In this document: piece after piece, positions 24,278-37,729 of the stretch
Numbering within the stretch: position 1 is the first letter of the stretch
Layout of the letters: every line of letters starts with the position of its first letter
NCBI GenBank assembly: GCA_951406725.2
Contig: OX597815.1
Span: forward strand, 168,578,001-168,642,000
Direction of reading: 5' to 3'
Length of the DNA stretch: 64,000 nucleotides
Origin: Octopus vulgaris
Lineage: Eukaryota
Made by a program: the position numbers and the translations under genes
The notes under the pieces: generated by a model
Database searches by the model: none
Told to the model about the DNA's origin: nothing
The model's input: only the letters and a program-made list of their open reading frames with translations

Positions 24278-26278
24278 ATAGTAGGCATCCATCAGTCTCA
24301 AGAGGCCATGGATCTGCACCTGAAGAAATCGTGTCAGCTGCTGATGGCAGTGCAGTGTCTGTTGTGGAATTCTTACATACAATGACTGCATTTGAAGGAG
24401 CTCTCTGCCAGCTCTACGGGATTTTCCTTCTGTCAAGTGCGCTTTTATTTGGTGTTTTCCTTCTGTTCTCTTTGTCCCCTTTCGCAGTATTTGTCTTCAG
24501 TGTGGGTGATCATTTGCAACCTCCTCCCATCTCAGGACATCCAGATCAAGTGACTTCATATTCCTCTTACAGACGTCCTTGAAACAAAGATGAGGTTGTC
24601 CTCATGCTCTTCTGCCAGTGGCCAATTCCCCACACAGGAGGTCTTTAGGGATCCTTCCATCTACCATGCGATGTATATGACTGAGCCAGCACAAACAACG
24701 CTGCTGGAGCAGGGTGAGTATGCTGGGTATCTTGGCTCAGTTGAAGACTTTGGTGTTGATGTGGTCAGTCCACTTGATAGCCAAGATGCATCTGAAATTA
24801 TGAAGGTGAAAGACATTGAGACATCGCACCTATCTGGAGTAAAGGCTCTACGTCTCACTGACATAAAGTAGTGTACTAAGGATAGTACACCTTATAGATG
24901 GCAGTCTTGGTGTTAGCAGCCAGTTTTTCTATTTTACCAGACTCTCTTTGTGAGCCTGGCAAATGTGGAGGATGATTGTCTGATTTGCCTGTTGATCTTA
25001 GGGTCCAGGGAGAGGTCATTAGCAATGGTGTAGCCGAGATAAGTAAATTGATGGACTAGCTCCAGCTTGTAGTTGTTGATAGTGATGGTGGTGGTGAGGA
25101 GGGGTCTGCTTGACACTTTGGCCCATTACCTGGGTCTTCTTCAGACTGATAGTCAGACTGAATTATTGATAGACCTTTGGAATTTTGTCCACAAGATACT
25201 GCATTTGCTCTTCAGAGTGCACTGTCAGTGCTGCATCATCTGCAAACATTTCTCTGACAAGTACCTGGCACACCCTGAACTTTGCTTTCAGCCTTGACAG
25301 ACTAAATAGTTTGCCACTTGATCTGGTGTGGAGGTAAACACTATCAGTTGATGTCCCAAATGCATGTTTCAGCATGACTGAAAAGAAGGCGCCAAACAGG
25401 ATGGGGGCAAGCACACAGCCCTACTTCATGCTGCTACATACATTGAATGCCTCCAAAAAAGAGCCATCAAATTGAACAAGGCCTTTCATGTCCATGTGAA
25501 ATGATTGGACAATCCTGAAAAGTCTTGGAGGACAGCCAATCTCGGCAAGGATTTGAACAGGCCATCTCTACTAACTAGGCCAAAAGCCTTTGTGAGATCG
25601 ATGAAAGGGATAAAGGGTGGTTGCTTTTGATCTCACTACTTCTGTAGCTGTCAGAGAGAGAAGATCATGTCGATGGTGGAGCGTTTTGATGTGAAATCAA
25701 ACTGAGATTCAGAGTATTCCCTCTCAGTGATTTTCTGTGGCCTGTTTAGGGCCACGTGGGCAAAGACCTTCCCAATGATGCTTAACAGCGAGATGCCTCA
25801 GCAGTTATTGCATTTGCTTTTATCCCCTTTGTTCTTATATAGGGTGACAACATTGCAGTTTCTTATGTCTTGCAGCACCGATCCCTTCTCCCAACACTGA
25901 CACAGTAGCCACAGCAAGTGGCTAAATAGAACTCTTCAGGTACACCTGATGATCTCTGGTGGAATGCCATCCAAACCCGGTGCTTTTCCAGTGGGCAAGC
26001 TTTGTTCAGTTCTTCATCAGTTGGCAGAGTGTCCAGCTCCTCCATGACAGGTAGGCACTCTATGGTGTCTAGCGCACTGTCCAAAATGTTGTTTTCCTTA
26101 GTGTAGAGTTCAGAATAATGTTCCACTCATCCTTCCAGCAGCTCTCTTTTGCCCTTGGTAACTTCTCCTGTTTTGAACTTGAGTGGAGCTATCTTGCTCT
26201 GAGTTGGGCTGATGGCTGTCTTGATACCCTCATACATTCCACGAATGTTGCCTATGTCAAATGAAAGTTGGATATAAC
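24278..26278 (-). mobile_element. 5'-truncated RTE-clade LINE (reverse transcriptase pseudogene)
   Basis: Fragmented RT motifs FIDLTKAF, GCVLAPILF, FADDAAL, FTYLG, EHYSELY..EN; 3' end GACTGATGGATGCCTACTA; several stops and frameshifts. Confidence 0.9.
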
Positions 26279-28621
26279 TAGGGTTGTATGTTTTGAGTTG
26301 CAGTCTGTAGGACTATGTACAAGATTCAGCTAGGGTAGTTGTCATTTGAAATATACATAAGCCAACGCGAGAGCCTCTACATCAAGCACAGGCAACCTTT
26401 TTTGAGAAGCAAGTTGCATGAAACATGGCTTATCATTAGGCAGACTGCACTACAAAAAATATTCAAGGTAATTTTTCATTAGGTGTGCCATTCAGAAAGT
26501 CCTGCACGATACAGTTTGCCCATTTGTTTATTCATACGTTTCGTCTCATTCGATACCCTGACCCCAATGTTTGTTTTGTCTGTCCTCGTATTGTTCCCTC
26601 TTTTTCTCAACCTCATGGTTAATAAAGAAATTAACTGCTCTACGTGGTAACTCATTCTGCTAGAAATAGTGACCAACTCTCTCTCAATCACATTCAATCA
26701 TTAAAAATGATACGACACATTGAATAATGCAGTCTGAATTACACAATGCTTGAAAAAATGTTGGATTGATAACTGCTGTAACAATTTTTTGATCATGTAG
26801 CTCTTCATTTTGAGTTGATGTACAGCTAAATAACATTATAATATACAATTAAATAAACATCAATTTCTTACTAAATTGATTTATGCATCAGCAAAAATCG
26901 TTATCAAAACATCGTCATTATTATTTCTATTTATATAAGCAATAGGGTAATGGGTTTGATAAAATTATATTCAATGTTTGTTTTCAAGAAAAAAACAAAC
27001 AAAAATCAAATGTTTGTATGTGTTTACATTTTCTAGTATAAATATATACTTCTCACCCAGTTCTAAATGGAAATTGAATATAAATTCAAATATATGTCTA
27101 GTCTTGCTGAAAAGTAATTTTTGCATTGGAAGCCCAAGTAAGAAGGGAAAAAATGAAATAAACTATCATAAAAAGTCTGTGTCTATGTGGAATTGCCATT
27201 TATTTAGTCATTCCTTTATTATCGGTAAAATATATATCAGTAGTCAACTAGAACTGGTGCAGTATATTTTTTTGATAAGGTTCAAAGAGAATTTTTTTTT
27301 CAAGAGGACAGGCATGGCTGCATATAGGTACAGGTAAAGCTGTGTGGTTAAGACATTTGTTTTGCAACTGCATGGTTTTGGGTCGAGTCCCAGTGTGTGG
27401 CACTTTGGGCAAGTGTCTTCCCCTATAGCACCAGGCTAACCAATGCCTTGTGAGTGAATATGGTTGACAAAAACTGTGTGGAAGCCCATCATATATATTA
27501 AATGTGTGTGTGTATGCTTGTGTGTATGTGTGTGTGAATGTGTGTGTGTCTTTGTGCTTATCACCTGCTCCCCACTGCTTGATGAGCAGTGTTAGTTTAT
27601 TTACATCCCTGTAACATAGCAGTTTGGCAAAAGAAACTGATAGAATATGTACCAAACTTCAAAAAAAATTTGTTCAACTAAATACATCAAGGCAGTGCTC
27701 CAGCATGGCAACTGTCTAATGAATGAATCAATTAAAAGATAGAAGATACAAATGTCTGTATGTCTAAGTGAAATTACTATCTATTTCATCACAGCCTGGT
27801 ATTGATAAAATAAATACCAGTAATAAACTAATATTGATTCAATCAGTTTTTCTTTTCTTTTTTTTTTACGACATTTTTTTTTCTAGAGATATGTAATTAT
27901 TGATTAACAAATATGATCAAAAGCTTTACTGTGCTTGAGGATGATGGAATACTTGAAACAGCAAAGCATTTTTGACTACTCCTGTGGTAGAGATGACGGT
28001 GGGGGATGGTGGCTGATGTTTTAAAGGTAAAACATTAACGTTAAATTATTACATTGGTACAGTTTTAGGTTCTTTGCTTCATTGATTTATTGAGCCGAAT
28101 TGAATCACCACCATTTAATATATGATTGATTTAGAATTAAATTCTTTATGTTTCATTCTATTTTTTATCTTTTGCTTGTTTCAGTCATTGGACTACAGCC
28201 AAGCGGGAGGAGGGGGTGCAATACCTTGAATCCCAGCACTTACTTTTAAGCTTACTACTTATTCTATCAGTTTCTTTTGCCAAACTGCTTAGTTACTGAG
28301 ATATAAACAAATCAACACTGGTTGTGAAGTGGTTGTGGGGGAAAAACTCAAATACATTTTGTTAATAATTTATTAAACTCTTTTGATGCAAGTGAATTTG
28401 TCTACAATAAATTGTACTCACTTCATTTCATACTCCAGGTCTGAATGGCTACATTATTACAACTTCTAGCCTCATGAACAAAAAAACAACAAAAAACAAA
28501 AACATACAACTAACACCTTCATGTTGTCTACAAATGCTAACAAGCCTCATAAGCTTTGGCAAAGTTATCCTCAGTGGGATCTGGTCTTAGAATGTAGAGA
28601 GCAAGAAGAAATGGCACTAAA

Positions 28622-28689
28622 TAACAAAAACAACAATAACAATAATAATAATGATGATAATAATAATAAATGATTCTACTAGCTTGCTA

Positions 28690-28728
<39 letters not shown>

Positions 28729-28768
28729 TATCAATAGTAGTAGTAGTAGTAGTAGTAGCAGTAGTAGT

Positions 28769-28800
<32 letters not shown>

Positions 28801-28808
28801 TAGTAGTA
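28622..28808. repeat. Compound (AAT)n/(AGT)n/(AGC)n microsatellite
   Basis: Read directly. Confidence 0.9.
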
Positions 28809-29121
28809 AATGCCCTGATGCAGTACCAGGCAGTGGCTCTCATGGCTTCTGATCTTAACTGATTGGAAGTGTTAAAGTGTACATTGTTTTGTCTTGGTAT
28901 AAAAGATGGACTACATTGTTTTGTCTTGGTATAAAAGATGGACTAACAACAAATATTCTGCTCGTTACCATTTTTTTTTTGATTGTCGGCTACTTGACCT
29001 TAACCAGTTGAGCATGTACCTTAGTGGATGATGATATGTTGATCTCTGATCTTGAGCAGAAGTAGTAGGGGAGCATCATGGCCATGTGTTGAGAGGAATT
29101 CTCTGGGGTTATATATATATG

Positions 29122-29172
<51 letters not shown>

Positions 29173-29173
29173 C

Positions 29174-29381
29174 TGTATAATAATATATCATAATAATATT
29201 TTATTTTCTGATTTGAAGTGACAATTTATAAATACAAACAAATGACTGAAAAATGACAAGCTAACACCAGCCAGAATCGAACCCACAAATCAACACTAAC
29301 ATTTTTCAATCATTTGTTTGTATTTATAAATTGTTACTTCAAATTGGAGAATAAAATATTATTATGATATATTATTATACA
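29174..29381. repeat. Inverted repeat with about 82-bp arms and a 44-bp spacer
   Basis: 29174-29255 is the reverse complement of 29300-29381 with few mismatches. Confidence 0.85.
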
Positions 29382-29419
29382 TTTAGTATTATACTATGAG
29401 CCTTTCATAGTAGCTTTCT

Positions 29420-30220
29420 CTCCATAACTAAAGGCAAGTTTTATCTTTGTCATCAAATCATTCTCCCTCATGATTCCTTCATTGAACCAAACCAAGGGCA
29501 GTTGAAGGGCATCAAACCTGTGCTCTATGGTGGATGAGGAACCACTGAGCAGCCCAATTTAGAAATTGCTTGATTTTTTACCAAAGTTGTGTGTGGTCTT
29601 GTGAGTTGTTTTCACACTCTTTTCACTCCATGTCACCAGATCAGAAGGAAAAATGTATCTTCATTATCTTTAAATACTTCTAGAAGATCAGAGCAGACTT
29701 CCACCAGATCTGGTGTCAATGGCCAAAGTACCCCCTTTTCACATACTTTCCGATACTCAAAGTTTTTCTTTACTTTCTGTAATGCATTGTGACAACAATC
29801 CAATTATGCAGTAAGTTTACAGCTTGTGGCTCATCTGCCTGTACAGATCAGTTCATCTACTTGCTAGCAATTTGTGTCAATGGTTACTATTCTGGACCTC
29901 TCACTGCTTGGTTTGTCCTTAATGCTAGTTTCTCCTTCTATAAACTTCTTCATTTACTTGTGCATACAGTATTGTTCTCGTCAGTGGTGACTTCTTCATG
30001 AATAATCTTTAGTCTTCTATGAACGACAGACAGCTTGCACCACTTCTTGATGATGACATGTTACTCCTGCTTGGAACCTACATACTTGTGATAAAGAAAA
30101 GGACAAAAAATTACTACAGAGGCATAGTTGTTTTACCAACATATGCAATTTTATCAACTTATGCCAGTTAATAAAAAGTCATGTCCACTTTTGCATTAAT
30201 TTCAGTACATCCTTCATGTA
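29420..30220 (-). mobile_element. Internally deleted, decayed mariner
   Basis: Minus-strand VVPHPP.S.GLMP..GSMKE (PHPPYSPDLAP-like) at about 29465-29545, and a TIR-like TACATGAAGGATGTACTGAAATTAATGC near 30220. Confidence 0.55.
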
Positions 30221-31520
30221 ATATAATTTTTCATGGTAAAGTGATGTCAGAAATTCAGGTATTGGATCAAAAGTTCATAGTTCAGATATTCAGTCTTTCA
30301 AATCTTGAACAGTTTCTGAGGTAACAATAGAATTTCAATGTCTACAAAGATAGTTGAAAAATAAATAAATACAAAAATCATGTTAAGTGAATCTGATATA
30401 TATTTCTTGCTTTTAAAATACACTTTACATTTTAATGGTGTTTCAAGTAGAGTTTTTTTCTGTCAAACCTGGCAGTTTAAAATGTCTCATTAACTTATCC
30501 AAAGCAGAATTTGTTCTTAATTACTGAGTAAATATTCTTGAAAAGAAAAACAAAAATATAAGGAAGAAATCTAATTGTGCATTTTCAAAAGTTATTAAAT
30601 TCCATACAGTCGTTTCCCAAGATGATTTAAGAAACCAATAATTTCTTTTACATTCTACTGTAATTCATTTTGGCTAATTATTTCTAATTTTAAATATAAT
30701 TGGCAAAGCTAAATTGTAGGAAATTTAAGCAAAAAACTATAAGCAAAACAGAATATCCAGTGAGAGTTTAAAGGTCATAGAAAAATTAAATGCATAACTG
30801 AAAATAAGATTGCTCATGGAAGTTCAAAAAGAATATGAATGAATCATTATGTTTTAGAAGGGAAAACGGGAGAATGAATAAATAAATAAAATTCATAGTA
30901 AATGTTTCAGTTTTTGACTTTTGATATTTGGTTGATGGTAATGTATCTAATCAGGATTCAGAAATCAGAACTAGACAAATCTAAAATTCTGTACATTTAA
31001 TCAGCACTGTTTGTTGTAAGTATTGGACTTCCTGGCATTTAGTTTAATGGGTTGTGAGTCTGGCTGAGAATCTAACGGTCAACACTGGACTAACTAGCTG
31101 GAAATCTGATGAATATTCTGATAATCAATGTTTAGCTATTATCTATTATCTAGTTTAATTGACAGAATAATAAACCGGTAGTCATAAAAATCGGTGTTGC
31201 AAGATGACTCATAAGTGTCTGAGAAAAAGTATTGGCTTTCTCATAAGTGTTGGATTGTATTTTCACATTAATGCCTCCAGACACAGTCTTCAGGCGTGTT
31301 CTGTAATTTCCTAATTTATTTACTTAGTCAATTAAACATTCATTCAATGAGAAAACAACCTTTTATGAGACTCACTGATTAGACTAGAAATTGATAACCG
31401 TTTTACTTGTTCTTTGTTTTAATTAATCATTTTAAGGATGAGAAACTACTGACCCTCTCACTTTCAGACTCTCCTAAAGCAGAAGATATGAAGGTGTTGG
31501 TATGAGATCAAGTCCTTTAA

Positions 31521-31740
31521 CCCTTTCATTACTGTATTTATTTTGAGATGCTCTGTGTTTCTTTCAATTATTTTGAATATAATAAAGAATTTAGTAAAAT
31601 AACTTAGTTATCATTCAGCTAGTGTTAAGAACATAAATTGTGACTAAAGTTTGATGGAAGATTTTAATTCAAAACTTATGAAAACAAGACATTTGTACTC
31701 AGAGCCAGAGCTGGTTTCAGCCGGGTTGGTAACGAAAGGG
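31521..31740 (-). mobile_element. piggyBac-type MITE with TTAA TSD
   Basis: Reverse-complement copy of 20166-20386; TTAA at 31517-31520 and 31741-31744. Confidence 0.9.
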
Positions 31741-32449
31741 TTAAATAAATAGATTAAAAAAAAAATACTAAAAATATTATTTCACATTTGTCGGGCAAAG
31801 AATGTTGTAGTACTCAGACATACTATAAATAACATTTGATTTATTGATAAATAACTATCGTTTGACATTCAATTTGTCACTACATTCAGAGAAGAGCTTC
31901 ATGTTTTGATGTGTGTTTATTGAGGTTTCATTTTTACCTTCCTCTTCTTCATCCAGTAAGAGGAAGATAACATTACAAGATGGTGATATAACGAAGGTGG
32001 TTAATAAAGAAAATGTTGAAATGGAAATATAACTTGAGATTAAATGAACTGGTAAGCGACATTTTATTCTCCATTATAAAATACAATGACTGCCATACAT
32101 GAATTAACATAACACAATAGGTTACAACAAGGACATGTGAGAACTTTGTGGTTAGGCTGGACTGTTGACATTGTAGACATAGCTGACATACTGCTGGTGG
32201 TGTAGAGGCAGGTGATTGGTCTGTTGGTCATGTGGTTTTCATACAGCAATGATGTAGACGGGCATCTGATGGAGATGATGAGAGCAGAAACCGGCTGGTG
32301 TCAGGACATTGCTGGAGACAAGATGCATGTGTGGTCAGTGGCAAGTGCCAAAGACCTAGGACAGTTGAGAACTGCCATTCATATAGGGAATAAGAGGCTC
32401 CCAGAGCTGGTGATTAATTTCCTGCGTAAGGAAAAATAAACTGTTGCAC

Positions 32450-32661
32450 CAGTGCGATTGGACAGCTGGAAGCCGACCAATACAAACAAAGGTTTGTTTA
32501 ATCACGAGGTCATGTGACTGCTGAAACGAAAAGAGCTTGTGGAGTTGTTTTACGGCTATTTAAGCCTAGACGAGTCAAAATGAAAACATCTCACATAATG
32601 ACAGTGTAAATCACTTCTGCTACAGTGAAATCCAAATATTGAGGGTTCAGATCAGGTAAGT
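32450..32661 (+). promoter_or_regulatory. Candidate Pol II promoter and short first exon ending at CAG|GTAAGT
   Basis: ATTGG 32457-32461, CCAAT 32477-32481, GTCATGTGAC 32509-32518, TATTTAA 32557-32563, consensus donor after 32655; unique, CpG-retaining sequence. Confidence 0.4.
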
Positions 32662-32756
32662 TTCAATTCAATGCTCAGAAGGCTTCTGATGTTCAAGAGT
32701 TAAAAAGAAAGAGGTACCAAAAGAACAATACACATACCAATATTCTTGTAAATAAT

Positions 32757-32975
32757 AAGGCAGTAAACTGACAGAATTGTTAGCATGCCGAACAAAATGC
32801 TTTATAGCATATCAGCTGTCTTTATGTTCTGAATTCAAATGCTATGAAGGTTGACTTTGCCTTCCATCCTTTCAGGGTCAATAAGATAAGTACCAGTTGA
32901 GCATTAGAGCCAATGTAATCGATTTAGCTCCTTCCTCCAAAATTGCTGGCCTTGTGCCAAAATTTGAAATCAATA
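32757..32975 (+). mobile_element. SINE family A
   Basis: AAGGCAGTAAACTGACAGAATTGTTAGC..GAATTCAAAT..GACTTTGCCTTCCATCCTTTCAGGGTCAATAAGATAAGTACCAG. Confidence 0.85.
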
Positions 32976-33001
32976 TGTTTATAAATTATATATAAGTATA
33001 T

Positions 33002-33695
33002 ATTTGTTGAAACAGATGTTCTACAGCCAGATATCCTTCCTGTCATCAACCCTCATCTATTTCCTACCAAGATAATATTTCCCCATGGCTTGACAGGTTT
33101 TTCCTGGAAGGACTAGAAGCAAAAATTCTGGTATGATAATGATGCTCATTTTTCTAACCATCACATGATGCCAAGACACGAATGTACACAAACACACATA
33201 CACACACACACTAATATATTTATATACGAGGTGGTATCAAAAAGTTCCCGGATCAGGTCTGTCGGACAACATCAGATGGCAGCACATTGTTGCATGCACA
33301 GTGAAAGCTAGCAGTGACCCTCATGAAGCAGTGTGCTGATTGACATTGCTGTGTTTAATTCTCATGTTGTGAAATTTGTGTTTTTGTGATCACATGTATG
33401 CTGTAGTCTGCGATTTTGTCATGCATAGACAAAAAGCTGGAACAAAGAGCCAGCATGAAATTTTGCATTAACCCTTTTGTTACCAACCCAGCTGATACTA
33501 GCTCTGGCTCTGAGTACAAATGTTTTGTTTTCATAAGTTTTGAATTAAAATCTTCCACCAAACCTTAGTCACAATTTATGTTCCTAACAATAGTTTAATG
33601 ATAACTAAGTTATTTTACTAAATTCTTTGTTATATTTAAAATAATTGAAAGAAACACAGAACATCTCAAAATAAATACAGTAACGAAAGGGTTAA
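33002..33695 (+). repeat. Dispersed duplicate of 19717-20390 (SINE fragment + mariner 5' end + piggyBac MITE 33472-33691)
   Basis: Colinear high similarity across three element junctions. Confidence 0.9.
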
Positions 33696-33741
33696 CAAAT
33701 CTTCAACAAAATTGAAAGTCAGCAAAGTTGTTGTTGCTGTT

Positions 33742-34146
33742 TGTTTGTTTGTTTGTTGAGTGAAGTGGTCTTCGTCCCAGAGCTCGCAAGATCGCGCCTC
33801 AGGATTGTCTGTAGTGGGAGAAGTTCGAAACTTGGTCCTTTGCTATTCGTAAGACCCGCAGAAGAGAAAGTAGGTCAACCCCCGACACCGAGAGCATCGA
33901 TGGATGGATGAATGTGCATCCAGGCTCAGCGGTTGCGTAGGAAGTCGGGGATAAGAAACAGGAAGAAAGAGTGAGAGAAAGTTGGAGTGAAAGAGTACAA
34001 CAGGGGTCACCCCGCCCCTGCTGGAGCCTCGTGGAGCTTTAGGTGTTTTCACTCAATAAACACACACAACGCCTGGTCTGGGAATCAAAACCGCGATCCT
34101 CCAACTGTGACTCTGCTGCCCTAACCACTGGGCCATTGCACCTCCT
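33742..34146 (-). mobile_element. SINE family C variant with (AAAC)n tail
   Basis: Head GGAGGTGCAATGGCCCAGTGGTTAGGGC on minus; TSD TTGTTGCTGTT at 33731-33741 and 34148-34158. Confidence 0.85.
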
Positions 34147-34433
34147 ATTGTTGCTGTTGTTTTCACCCTAGGTCAGCCCTGATTGAGCAGACATGATCAA
34201 AAGCATTCCAGTGATGACCATCCCATTTACTTTTCAGGCACAGTGCATCTAGGAAGACACAACCCAGTACATCCTTTTCCTTTCTAAGATGGCATGGTTT
34301 GACATAGAGGTGATTTCATTTTTATTCCTAACAAGTTCAGCCACCACAAAGATTTTCATTAGGACAAGCAGGTGAGGTTCCATAGATAGCTAGAGACTAC
34401 AATTTATAGAAGTATGGAATGACTGAGGGACAA

Positions 34434-34464
<31 letters not shown>

Positions 34465-34722
34465 ACTACTACTACTGCTGCTGCTTCTGCTGCTACTACT
34501 ACTACTACTACTACTCATGTTGCTGCTACAACTACATCTACTTTTATTGTTACTATAGCTGCTGCTGCAGCTACTACTGCTGCGGCTACTACTACTACTA
34601 CTACTACTCATGTTGCTGCTACTACTACATCAACTATCATTGTTACTATAGCTGCTGCCGCTACTGCTTCTGCTACTACTACTACTACTGTTACTATTGC
34701 TGCTGCTGCTGCTGCTACTTCT
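34434..34722. repeat. Compound (CTA)n/(CTG)n microsatellite with an internal higher-order duplication
   Basis: ACTACTCATGTTGCTGCTAC.ACTACATC.ACT.T.ATTGTTACTATAGCTGCTG occurs twice, about 93 bp apart. Confidence 0.9.
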
Positions 34723-36979
34723 ATTGAGGTGTATGGCTTCTTTGCATTTAAGTCTGATGTAATATAGGCTTTCTCTAATTAAGTCGAGTTTAATTAAATA
34801 TTTTTTTTTCTTATCTGAACAGTAATGTATATAATTAACTTGTAACTTCTAATGTACTTGTCAAGTATACTTGTGTCTGAAAGTAGTCATTTTAATTAAA
34901 TTTTGTTTATTTGTGTATTTAGGAGCTAAAGTGACAAGACTTCTTCAATTCAGCATACATACATATTTTTTAAAGCTTCCACTTTGTAACTATGCAGCTC
35001 TTTACATACAAATATTATAGACTGCACAACAAAAGCTGTCCAGTTTATTAAGAAGTCTTCAATCACTAACATATTACAGCTGCTTGTTCGGTTGACTTCT
35101 TCCTTTTCTATCTTTTCTGCTATTCCTATCATGATTGATTCTTGCTCTTCAGAGCTTATCATACTTTCATACATACATGCAAGTGTATATACATCATAGC
35201 TCAGTGGTTAGAGTACTGGGCTCGCAATCATGAAGTAGTGAGTTCGATTCCAGGACCGGGCTGTGTTGTGTTCTTGAGCAGGACACTTTGTTTCACGTTG
35301 CTCCAGTTCACTCAGCTGTAGAGATCAGTTACAATGTCACTGGTGCCAAAAAATATTGGCCTTTGCCTTTCACTTGGATAACTTAGGTGCCATGGAAAAG
35401 GGTATCTAACTCACCTCCTAATGATTGTGGCCCAACACTCTAACCACTGAGCCATGCACCTTCATTTATGGTTATATTGTGATACCAAATACACTCTCTG
35501 AAAAGAGAAGAAACAGTCTCACCTGAAATGACTTTGATCATAGATCTCTTGATTCAAATATGAACTGGTTTTAAACAACAACAATAGCCAATTGTTTTTC
35601 ATTGAAACCCTTTTGAAAACAATTATTGTTGCTCTTGTTTAACCACATAGTAGTCGTATGATCAGAGCCCTTCCAGCCATAACCATCCCTTCATTATTCA
35701 GACATGGTATCTTATATTTTTTTTACTTGTTTCAGTCTTTTGGACTGCGGCCATGCTGGGGCACTGTTTTGAAGGGTTTAGTGAAACCCCAATATTTATT
35801 TTTTTAAGCTTGGTACTTACCCTATTGTCTCTTCTTGCCAAACTGGTAAGTTATGGAGATGTAAACAAACCAACAAGCAGTGATGGTGGACAAACACAAG
35901 CAAAAACACACACACACACACCAGAGGCAAAGTGGCTGAGTTCCTTTCGAGTGTTGGGCCTCATACCTTTGGCATAATGTCATACTTGAGAAGAAGACTC
36001 ATCAAACTGAGCAAAATCACAGTCATGGCCGATGCCAGTGTCACGCAAATAGCACCCATGCCGGTGGCACATAAAAGCACCCATTGCACTCTCAGAGTAG
36101 TTGGCATCGAGAAGAGCATCCAACCATAGAAAACCCATGCTAAATCAGACTGGCATCTGGTGCAGCCTCCCAGCTTACCAGCCCTGGTCAAACCGTCCGC
36201 CCAATGCCAGCATGGACAACAGACCGCAAATGATGACGATGATATATATATGTGTGTGTGTGTGTGTGTATATAATATACGACAGGTTTCTTTCAATTTC
36301 CATCTCCAAAATACACTAACAAGGCTATGGTTGACATGGGGCTATAGCAGAAAACATTTGTCCATGGTGCCACACAGTGGGACTGAACCGAAGACCACAT
36401 AGTTGGGAAGCAAGCTTCTTACAAGAAGACCATGCCTGCACCTATAGCCAGACCAGTGCCTATATCTAAAAGAGCATTATTTAACATATCCGTTTTTTTG
36501 CCTTAAGACAAAATGGTGTGATATGAGGTAGATTTAGCTACCATTTATAGCAGATTAACAGTATGGGATATTAGATACTCCTTATTATCTAGAATTAATT
36601 TACACATTTAAAACACATTTGCTAATAAATCAACCAAGTTCTTTGATAATTCACTGAAAGCAGCAGATAAGTTCTGTTATAGAGGCAACTTAATTAATTT
36701 TCTTGGTGCTGTCATTGTTCGCGTCATAGATAGCATCTACAATACAATGCAGAGTAATTTGAGGAACCACCATTTCATTGATAGAATAGAGATTATTTTC
36801 AAAGCCTTTCTTATTCTGCTTCTGTTTTGGCATCAACAACCATCTTCTTATAGCATTCAGTTACCTTATCCATTCTTATGATATGTCTAAACCAGTTCAG
36901 TCATTTATCTTGTATCTTGCTAAAAAGTTGTAGAAGTCTACTTTTTCTGTCTCAAAACACATGTAGTTTATTATATATG

Positions 36980-37025
<46 letters not shown>

Positions 37026-37306
37026 TGCATACATACTTACAATCCATACATACATACATACATACATACTTACAATCCATACATACATACATACATACAT
37101 ACATACACAAACACATTATAGGTTCAGGTATGGCTGCATGGCTAAGAAGTTCAGTCCCCAAACATATCATTTCAAGTTCAAACTCATAGTATGGCACTTG
37201 GGAAAGTGTCTTCTATTATAGCTTCAGGTGGGCCAACCAAACCCATATGATTAGATCTGGTAGACAAAAATTGAAAGAAGCCCATCATATGTATGTATGC
37301 ATGTAC

Positions 37307-37337
<31 letters not shown>

Positions 37338-37729
37338 TGTATGTATGTATGTATGTATGTATGTATGCATGTATGTACATATGTGTATGTGTGTATGTCT
37401 GTATGGATGTATGTATGTGTGTATGTATGTATGGATGTATGTATGTGTGTATGTATGTATGTATGTGTTGCAGCGGACACCCCCAAGTGGAAAGTGGGCT
37501 ATTCCACTACTGATAAATAGTGGACAGACACAGCAGGCAGTGTCAGTCAGTGAGGTATGCTGTTTGGGCCAATCATGCAGACAACAAAATGTGTCACCAT
37601 AATGCAGGACATATCAGTGACACCACTGTATAACGGTTTTGTTATATCACTGGTAATGAGGATACCTCTCACTATATAATGGTGTAATTATATCTGTGGC
37701 GACGAGGAGTTGAACTACATGCAGTGGCA

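Noticed and set aside
34390-34727. Cys/Tyr-rich 102-aa ORF resembling a structural protein
   Set aside because: CTA/CTG microsatellite, with no signal peptide or splice support.
36878-37602. YIYI/MYVC-type ORFs (also at 17.7, 45.8 and 51.8 kb)
   Set aside because: Translations of TA, TATG and CA microsatellites.
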